Shown here: positions 52,095-61,115 of the stretch, one piece after another
Numbering within the stretch: the stretch's first letter is position 1
How the letters are laid out: each line of letters starts with the position of its first letter
Assembly: GCF_001194135.2 (NCBI RefSeq)
Contig: NC_068987.1
Location: forward strand, 74,789,945 to 74,853,944
Direction: 5' to 3'
Origin: Octopus bimaculoides
Taxonomy: Eukaryota
Length of the DNA stretch: 64,000 nucleotides
Position numbers and translations under genes: made by a program
Notes under the pieces: model-generated
Told to the model about the DNA's origin: nothing
Seen by the model: only the letters and a program-made list of their open reading frames with translations
The model's database searches: none

Positions 52095-54053
52095 ATGGCG
52101 GACTCGGAGGAGTCGTTACAAGACAACGAGCTGTTTACACTGAAAAGTTTCCTGGACAATTTTGATCTTCCACAAACTGTACTTGTTGTGTCGCCAGGTA
52201 ACTGCCAGACGACTCCTGCTGTCGAAGAAGGTCAGTGGCTGCGTTTGTATAAAACTGTTATCCCCAGAGTGTTGTTGACACCTTGTAAGGCAGACGATGA
52301 CTGCGAGTGGGACACGCACTATGATCCGTCGGCCAAGACTCCGGTCACGGATCACGACACAATTGAAGTACCTATAGACTATCCAGCACGGTACGTTGTT
52401 CTTTCACCTCCACATGACGAACAGGAGCCGGACGCGATCTACGAGACGATAAATGATTTAATGAAGGTATCACCGCCATTATTTAAAGCGAACTGTTCGT
52501 CGTGCTTCTCGCAACAGAGTTTCATTGGAGAAATACAGAAAAATAATTTTGAGGCTGGAGATACATTCAAGTTTCTGAAAATCGTTCGCGATGGATATTT
52601 CGGGAAATATTTACAATGCCAACACCAAGACGGTCGTATTATGGAACTTCCATGGTCATGTAAGGGTGATTTTTCTTACGTCGTTGATTCGAATACCACT
52701 TACACTGTGGAACAACTTCTGGAAGCGAATCGCATGCCCAGGTATCTTTGGCAAGCTGATGAAATGGTTGATCACAGTGATTACCAAGACAGCATCATAC
52801 GTGTGGGAGTTGATTCCCCCTCAAAAGTATTCACAGACGACCCATTTTTCAACGACGATTCGATCGACATGTCTGAATCACAATTCTCTAATCAACGGAA
52901 TAGTTTTCGTTCTGCGAAATTATCTGGAAGGAATATTATTTATATGGACATTCCTGAGATGTTTGTCCAGGTTTATCACACTAGTGACCCTACTGATAGT
53001 GTTGACGCTGATCCCACACAGAATGGCGAATCAGACGTAAGGTGGCTCATTCCTCTTAGCTCTGACATGCTTGTTAAATGTATATCCGTTCCAGATTATG
53101 AACATCCCAAAAATTACAAAGCTCGTCGTACATTATGGGAAGTGGCATCGGAATATACTCGACCATTAATTTTCTTCCCAGTTCTAGCCCAAATTGTATC
53201 TTACCCCGACCTTCCTTCTGAATTCGTCGCTTATCTTAAACCAAAGTCACAAATAGTTCTTCGAAGAGTGGAACATATCGATAAAATTCTTGCGCGAACG
53301 GAAGACAGATTCTTCATAATTGGACCTAATCTTTATAAAAGTTTCTCTGCATTACCACGGAGATTTCGGAATGTCTCTGAATTAAGTATTTGCAAGGCTG
53401 GCTGTGAACTGCAGGTATTGGAAGATGTGGCCACTGACTTTCCGAAACCAATTAGTTTGAATAAAGGTGATATCATCCGAATTCCAAACTTCCAGACCGT
53501 TGTCTATAAATTCGGAGGTGGCGATTACAAAATGGAATGTAAAGTGTTAAGATGTGAGAAACTAAATTCTCGTGGAAAATACGAGAAACTGAAGATACCT
53601 GTGGATTTAGAAATTGATTTAATTGAAATGATTGCTAACGAAGATAGAGAAAGATGGTTCGTGTCCGAATTATTCTACCGTCGGCCAAAATTACCACTGG
53701 ATGTAGAAGCCGGGGATTTCTACCCGACAGTAAATGCAAACACAGTGCTAACTTTAGAAAATTTTGTTCGAGACTCAGTTGTGGTTGTGTCTAACACTCA
53801 AGATAACCAAACAGAATCGGCATTTTCAAATCAAGTGTGTATTGAAATTCCTAGTCGATATAAAATGGTTCTAGATCTTAAACAGGATACTGTTATGCCA
53901 ACTGATTTTACTTCTCCAATTGAACGGATAGCTTTGGATGCTGAAGAATTATTTGAGGAAACGTATTTTTATATGGAAACTTACCACCTCCGTTCTCAAA
54001 ATACCGACTGTTTGGGAGAATCCATTCAACGCCAAATATCTATGAGGTATTGA
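52095..54053 (+). CDS. THEMIS-like tandem CABIT-domain protein, single exon, 652 aa
   Basis: Uninterrupted ORF with ATG in AAAATGG context. Motifs collinear with THEMIS as recalled: IEVPIDYP, LQC...MELPWSCKGDFS (CABIT1 Cys and LPxxxGxF), DKILA...FSALPRRFRNVSEL, VLRCEK, SEL...LPLDV, LTLENFVRDSVVVVS, CIEIP, EELFEETYFYM. Confidence 0.85.
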   Translation: MADSEESLQDNELFTLKSFLDNFDLPQTVLVVSPGNCQTTPAVEEGQWLRLYKTVIPRVLLTPCKADDDCEWDTHYDPSAKTPVTDHDTIEVPIDYPARYVVLSPPHDEQEPDAIYETINDLMKVSPPLFKANCSSCFSQQSFIGEIQKNNFEAGDTFKFLKIVRDGYFGKYLQCQHQDGRIMELPWSCKGDFSYVVDSNTTYTVEQLLEANRMPRYLWQADEMVDHSDYQDSIIRVGVDSPSKVFTDDPFFNDDSIDMSESQFSNQRNSFRSAKLSGRNIIYMDIPEMFVQVYHTSDPTDSVDADPTQNGESDVRWLIPLSSDMLVKCISVPDYEHPKNYKARRTLWEVASEYTRPLIFFPVLAQIVSYPDLPSEFVAYLKPKSQIVLRRVEHIDKILARTEDRFFIIGPNLYKSFSALPRRFRNVSELSICKAGCELQVLEDVATDFPKPISLNKGDIIRIPNFQTVVYKFGGGDYKMECKVLRCEKLNSRGKYEKLKIPVDLEIDLIEMIANEDRERWFVSELFYRRPKLPLDVEAGDFYPTVNANTVLTLENFVRDSVVVVSNTQDNQTESAFSNQVCIEIPSRYKMVLDLKQDTVMPTDFTSPIERIALDAEELFEETYFYMETYHLRSQNTDCLGESIQRQISMRY

Positions 54054-54081
54054 CATTGTTATTATTATTGTTATTCTAGAT

Positions 54082-54337
54082 AAGTGGTTCTCAACTGGGG
54101 TCCACGTGGCCCTTGAGGGGCCATATAAGATTTTGTCGTTAAAATTTATGTGCAATTAATTTGTTATATACTTCTACAATACACTAAATATGTTATCAAT
54201 TTTTTAAATACAATTCCTAATAATATTTAATTATAAAAATGTGTGATTTTTTTAAAGCATCAAATGTTTTTGAGGGTCAGTTCGAATGAAACAGGAATCA
54301 AATGGGTCCATAGGTAAAAAATGGTTGAGAAACACTG
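54082..54337. mobile_element. hAT (Charlie-type) MITE, 256 bp
   Basis: TIRs (a)agtggttctcaac / gttgagaaacactg; perfect 8-bp TSD TTCTAGAT at 54074-54081 and 54338-54345. Confidence 0.88.
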
Positions 54338-56089
54338 TTCTAGATTCAAATCCCATTAAATTTGTTAACTTTGTCTTTTAATCCTTATGAGATTATAATT
54401 ATAATACTAATCAAGTACTATACCCATCTCCCAACTTATGTGGTCTTGTGTCAAGAAAGCATTACTAATGTTTGTTTATGCCATTTCGTGTGATATAAGT
54501 TTTGGGATCAACACACTTCCCCCTCTCAAAAAGTGGTGGCGGGAAAATGTATGGAAAAAAAAAAAAAGGAAATATTTAGATTGTTTTAATCACAAGGGCT
54601 AAGGCAATGCTGGAACATTATCTTGTATCAATGTTAAAAATCCTTCCTAATAATATTTTTAATAGTATTTTTGAGAGGTGCAAGATGCAAAGATGGATTA
54701 ACTTGAGAAATAGTTCTTAAACTGTCAAATACCAGCCACCACCCCCGACAAAATAGTGATGAAATTCCACACCCTCACCCCACTCTTTATTGATGGAAAG
54801 ACAAAATAGTTTGCATCCATGCAGTTCTTCCTTCACCATGGTCTCAAACAAACTGAAAAAGTGTAAAACCATCTTGATTTTATTAATCACGTCCTTTATG
54901 AGAAACACTGAAGGAGAGTGACTTTCACTTAAGAATGACTAAACTAAAGGGTTGTTCACATGTTAACTTGTATGCACCATAGCTACCTGACACCCACTAC
55001 ATCTACACAATTTTCCATACAGGTAACTGTCTTTTAGTTGTCTGCTCTTTTTTCTTTATTATCCATGTGTCGAGAACAATGCTATGTATTGTGTTATATC
55101 AATGGACAGTAACTCGTGAGACAGGAAGATACAGTGGAACCTCATAGGTGTTGATCTTGGGCAACTATATTAAAACATGCTAGGACCCTGGCTCCACAAG
55201 AACCATTATTAGCAGATATCAGAGACAAAACCACTATTGCTTAGCTACTGACAATAGCACTACCATACAAAGAGGACACAAGCATGGCTGGGTAGGTGGT
55301 GAAGGAACTTGCTTTGCAACCATGTGGTTTCAGGTTCAATCCTACTGTGTAGCATCATCAGTAAGTTTCTTCTACTATAGCCCCAGGCCGACCAATGCTT
55401 TGTGAATGAATTTGGTAGATGGAAACTGTGGAAATCCTTCAAATATATGTGTGTGACTTGTGTTTGTTCTCCACCATTGCTTGACAACTGGTGTTGGCTT
55501 ATTTACAACAGCAGTTTGGTAAATATGACTGATAGAATAAGTAACAAGCTTAAAAATAAGTAGTGGTTATGGTTTAACTAAAACCCTTCAAGGCAGTGGC
55601 TGCCATCCAATGTGTGAAACAAGTAAAAAGAAAAGCCGTCTTTTACTATATTGCTGGACATCAATACATGCCTTGTTATGGAAATTGTGTTGCAGCTTAT
55701 CAGGTTTGACTGAATGATTTGACTAAATGATTTGACTAAAATGATTTGACTAGTTGCACACAATGTCATACTGATGTTGATTATGCCTGAGGTTCACATT
55801 AACTCTTTTGATACCAAACTGCCTAAGGCTAGCCTTTAGTCGTGTGATACAAACCTTGCTTTTACAGTGATCAGAATCAAAATCTCCCATCAAAGTTTCA
55901 TGCTGATTTATGTTCCAAACACCAACTTAATAATGACAAAGCTATTTTACTAAATTCTTCATTATTTTAAGAATTAATTGAAGCAAAGGCTGTATTATTC
56001 AAAAGCCTTTGAAGTTTGACACATTGATAGAGAAGTGATGAATTAGTTAAATCAATTAGAGCATAGGCTGCAAGGCTTCATGTTTAATA

Positions 56090-56962
56090 AAAAATACCTT
56101 ATTTACTTAAGTTTTAACATCATCGCCTTTGAAATAGTCACCTTGCATAGCAATACAGAGGTTCCAGCATTCCTGTCATTTTGGAATCTGGTTTGGAAGT
56201 TGTTTTCTGTGAGTCAAGAGCCTTCTGTGATTTGCCCTGGGTCTTGACAACAGTGTTAAAACAGCAACCTTTGAGCTGCATTTTCATTTTGGGGAAGAGA
56301 TAGAAGTTTGTAGGTGCTAAATCTGGTGAATAAGGTGGGTGCAGAAGCAATACCATGTTGTCTTTGGCAAGAAACTCACAAGTGAGGAGAAATCAGTGTT
56401 GGGGTGCATTGTCGTTGTGCAAAATCCAATTCTTTGCACTCCACAGATCTGGTTGCTTTTGCCAAATGTCCTCCATCAAACACTTCAAAATGTTACAGTA
56501 GAACTTCCAGTTGATGGTCTGGTCCTTGGAGACAAATTCTCTATACACAATACCATGTTTCTGGGGATGACACTCGTGGCAGGTCTTCCAGATTGCTCAT
56601 CGTTTTCCTGGGATGTTCTTTCACTTTTGAAATGCCCATGTCACTTGAAAAAAAGATTTTGTATGACCCATTACCTCATCACCATAAGCTTGCCAAAGCA
56701 TGTTCAATGTCTCTGTAGCAGACTTCCCAAGTTTAACACAAAATTTCATGTTGGCTCTTTCTGCCCATGACAAAATCACAAACTACATCATACACATGAT
56801 CACATAAACACAAATTTCACAACTTGCGAAGTAAACAGGGATCTTACTCTGCACACTGCCTCATGAAGGTCACTGCTAGCTTTTGCTGTGCATGCAACCG
56901 TGTGCTGCCATCTGTTGGTGTGCTACAGAACTAACGTGGGAACTTTTTGATACCACTTCATA
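56090..56962 (-). mobile_element. Mariner (Tc1/mariner) transposase relic
   Basis: Minus-strand HPPYSPDLAPTNFYLFPKMK; TIR-like end ...aactttttgataccacttca|TA at 56941-56962; frameshifted. Confidence 0.85.
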
Positions 56963-57032
56963 CAGCTAGATTGCTAGAAAGAGAGGAAGATTACACATAC
57001 ATACAAGCATAACAAGATACACAAAACAGAGT

Positions 57033-57065
<33 letters not shown>

Positions 57066-59201
57066 CAAGTGAAACATTAGTACATCCGATGACAGCATTG
57101 AATCACCAACTCCAAATAGGTGGCACCAAAATGGTTGTGCTAAAAGACGGCTTGTTAGACATGGTTATCTTTGATAAAGAAAAACATCATGATAGTCATG
57201 TCCAAAATAGTTTTGATTATAATTTTGCTCAGTCAGAGCTAGCCTGGAGCTAAGCAACAACAGTAACTATCAACTTATAAAAAGTCTTTTATCTATTACC
57301 ATATATATATATATATATACACACAATCAGTGTAAAAGACGACTTGGTGCATAGTTAGCAAGGTAGAATTTAGTCTGTCATCAACCATTATTCATATTTA
57401 ACAATACAAAATTTAAGGTTTACATTTTACATCTGGAGTATACTCCCCACTGTCTCTCCTATTTTGATGGGTATTTTTTAAGACTACAAGGTGATCTTAT
57501 ACTCCAGCATGTATGTTATTTTCCATTGTTCTTTATTTAATCATTCTTGCCATACCTGTACTGCTTTGCAGTATTTGCTCTGATTCTATACTTTGCATGT
57601 TCCAAGGTCAATTTTACGTTTCATCCTTCTGGGGTTGGTAAAGTAAAAGTACTTATGAAGAATAGTTGATTAAATTAACTGGTCGATTTAATCAACTAAT
57701 CTCTCACCCAAAATTCCTGGCTTTATGTCTAAATTAAAATTTATAATTATTACTGGTGGATAGGTATAATTAGTAAAGTGACAGATTAAACATTTTGTAG
57801 TATTAAGCTGTATACCTTTACATTGGACTTCAGATCCCACTGAAGTTGACTTTGCTTTTCAATTGAGTATATCCTTTCTCTCCCCAAATTTGATCCCTTT
57901 TGTTTCTGTTTGTAATCATTATTGTAATTGCTGTTGTTATTGTTGTCTACAGTACAAGATCTGTATGGAGACGAGATTTGAATATAGTACCACAGCTGTC
58001 CAACATGAGGAGATCTATATCAACATTCAGCGTCAATAAAGCAAGCAAATTGCGGAAAAGCTTTTCACGGATGCGCAAGAAAAAGCAATATCCATCACAG
58101 GGTCTTATAAGATCAGAGGTCAGGAGGGCTGAATCAGGTATGCTCCAAGATATTTAAAAAAAACACATTTTTATGTTATTATTTTCATTTAGAGTTCAAA
58201 TCTCATTGAGGTCAATTTTGCATTTCTTCATTCCAGAGTCAATAAAATAAAATATAGTTAAGTAGTGAGGTTGAGTTAATTGACTATACTCTCTCACAAA
58301 ATTTGCAATCTCAAACGCAGGCATGGCTGTGTGGTAAGTAGCTTGCTTACCAACCACATGGTTCCGGGTTCAATCCCACTGTGTGGCATCTTGGGCAAGT
58401 GTCTTCTACTATAGCCTCAGGTCTTGTGAGTGGATTTGGTAGATGGAAACTGAAAGAAGCCCGCATGTGTATGTGTGTTTGTGTGTCCATGTTTGTCCCC
58501 CACCATCACTTCACAATCGATGATGGTGTGTTTACGTCCCCGAAACTTAGTGATTCGACAAAAGAGAACAATAGAATAAGTACTAGGCTTACAAAGAATA
58601 AGTCCTGGAGTCGATTTGTTTGACTAAAGACGGTGCTCCAGCATGGCTACAGTCAGATGACTGAAACAAGTAATAGAATAAAAGAATATGGTTTAGAAAT
58701 ATTATTATTTAGGTTTTTGTGCAGTTGTTATTATATATAGGACTGATCTGACTATCAAACAAGGAAGGGAGTGTGGATGTCTTCTTGTGCCTGAGGGTAT
58801 TGGCAAAGGGAGTTGTGTCATGAATGTAGTTTGAAAGGGTAGAGAACAAAGTTCTTACCCTCAAGCCAAGTACTACTTGAAGTTTGCAGAGGAAAGTAAA
58901 AGTTGAATGGATGGTGTGGTCTCTAGTAAATTTTCTGAAAAATGAGTGAGTGGTGAAATTGATGTGATTAAATGGGACAGCTCAGGCTGTGGCATGAACC
59001 AGGAAAAAGTTTTGCTTTTGAGATTTGAAATAATCTGGAGTTTTGTGTGGAGTACTCCAAATATAGTTGTCGGCCATTTCAAGGTTCTTTCTTGTTTTGT
59101 TGTTCTTTATGTTATTGATTTCACTCTATTACTTGATGTGAGTCCCCCACTGCTTTTGTATTTCATCCTTAAACTTCCTAAGCCCTTATAGCCAAAAAGT
59201 A

Positions 59202-59645
59202 AGAGGCGATGGCCTCTTGGAGCTAATCCACGACAGCATTTGTCCTATTTTGGGGACTGCCATGTTGGCTTGGTGATAACTATTAATTTCCAGTACCGCT
59301 ACCATAGTCGCCTTTAGAGAGACTTAGAAATATTAATATCTCTATTTCTGAAAACCAGTGGATGTATTCCATTGAAATTAGATAAATAACCATCCTACAG
59401 ATGGTCAGTAGTGACGCCTGCTGGGTTCGGCTGCTCTGCATTGACAAGGGGCAATACCCTGAAACTAGTCTAGTCTGCAGATGCCAAACCAGCAAGGAGA
59501 AGCTGCTGACCTCCCCTGTTCGAAGGTTATAAAGGACACAGGTTCATGTGTCACAAAGCTAGCTAGAGGCGATGGCCTCTTGGAGCTAATCCATGGCAGC
59601 ATTCGTCCTATTTTTGGGACTGCCATGTTGGCTTGGCGATAACTA
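59202..59645 (+). mobile_element. Terminally redundant 363-bp unit containing a hammerhead ribozyme (retrozyme / Penelope-like terminus)
   Basis: 81-bp direct repeats at 59202-59282 and 59565-59645 (5 differences) flank the ribozyme. Confidence 0.65.
59420..59493 (+). ncRNA. Type I hammerhead ribozyme, U3-A8 core variant
   Basis: Stem I TCTGCA(59435-40)/TGCAGA(59476-81); core TTGACAA; stem II GGGG-CAATA-CCCT; GAAA; stem III ACTAG-T-CTAGT; GUC with predicted cleavage after 59475; stem I extends via GGC/GCC and GCTGGGTT/AAACCAGC. Confidence 0.75.
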
Positions 59646-60469
59646 GTAAAAATTATTGTTATTAGCATAAAGGGCCATGGATTAGCTGATTCATAGCATG
59701 ACAGACTAATGTCTTATAATATTTAGTTGTTTCCTTATATTCTTAGTCCAGATTTTGCTAGCATCAATAAAACTAAGTAGCAGGCAAGCACTTTAATTCA
59801 CTATGACCTCTCCCAAAATTTGTAACTTTGTGCCTTTTTTAGAAATTATTAGTTTGGCAGATTTATTCCAGTATCATATAAATGCCTGGAAGTATTTAGA
59901 AGCATACTTTTACAATCTGACTTCAAATCCTGCCATGGTTAACCTTGCCTTCCATCCTTTCAGGGTTGATAGAATAAAGTGCCTGTCTGATATGGGGATT
60001 GATGGTATCAACCAACCACCTCGCTCAAAATTGCTGGCCTTGTACCTCAATCAGAAACCATTATTTTTATTACTGTTAAGGCAATGGGCTGGCAGAATCA
60101 GCCTTTCTGAGGACTTCATTTCTGAGTTCAAATTCTGCTGAGGTCAACTTTGCCTTTCATCCTATCAGGATCAATAAAGTACATTAAGTACTTGAGGTCG
60201 ATATAATCAAATAGCCCTCTCTGCCAAAATTTTAGGCCTTGTGCCTATAGCAGAAAAGATAGTTATTATTATTATTAAGTGAGAGAGCAGTGCATGCCAT
60301 CAAAGTGACACTGGAGTACAAATATACGAAGCCCAATATGCCCATCATGACTACCAGTCTGATAAGAGTACACCAGACACATGCATCACAACCATATGTG
60401 CAGTACCAGTGCCTGGTACTGCACCACGGCATTTATTATTATTATTTCTTTTTATCACAGGTTTTGTTG

Positions 60470-60960
60470 GAACTCCTGGAGTCTTGTATGTTTAGTGGGC
60501 TTTCTACCTGCAGCCTATGGTACCATGCTATTCCTTCTTTACAGCTATCTAATATTTTCCTCATTATTCTGACCATGCCAAGGAGGCAAACCTTTTGTAA
60601 CAGTTCTACTGGGCACTCAATTCTAATTTTCTTTATATTCCTCTTGATCCCTTCTGATACTGTTCCCAAGGACCCAACAATAATTGGCAATATCTTCACC
60701 TTTTTCATTTACCATATCCGGGCTATTTCGTACTTAAGAGGATTGTCTCTATCTCTCTTTTCACCTTCCTTCTTGGATATTTGTGGGTCAAAGGGGCATG
60801 CAACATTAACTATACAGCACATGTGGTACATCTTATCAACCACCACTAGGTCTAGTTTATTATGCTATAGCACCTGATCTATTTGGATTGGGAAATCCCA
60901 GAGGATTTTGCTAGTCTCCAACTCCACCATTCTCTGCGGTTTGCTCATACCACGTCTTGC
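60470..60960 (-). mobile_element. R4/Dong-like non-LTR retrotransposon C-terminus (restriction-like endonuclease)
   Basis: Minus-strand KILWDFPIQID...LVVVDK...VACPFD and VKILPIIVGSLG...LQKVCLLG..RIMRKILD. Confidence 0.75.
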
Positions 60961-60988
60961 CTCTCTCTAGCCTCCACATTTTGCACCA

Positions 60989-61115
60989 TGCATCATTAGG
61001 AGCCATCTCCTTTGGCTCCATGCATCGTTAGGAGCCATCTTCTTTGGCCCCATGCATCGTTAGGAGCCATCTCCTTTGGCTCCATGCATTGTTAGGAGCC
61101 ATCTCCTTTAGCTCC
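60989..61115. repeat. 32-bp minisatellite x4, each unit with an internal 7-bp hairpin
   Basis: Unit tgcatcgttaggagccatctcctttggctcca; GGAGCCA/TGGCTCC inverted; no spacers. Confidence 0.92.

Noticed and set aside
60989-61115. CRISPR-like 32-bp palindromic repeats
   Set aside because: The units are contiguous with no unique spacers, there are no cas genes, and the context is eukaryotic
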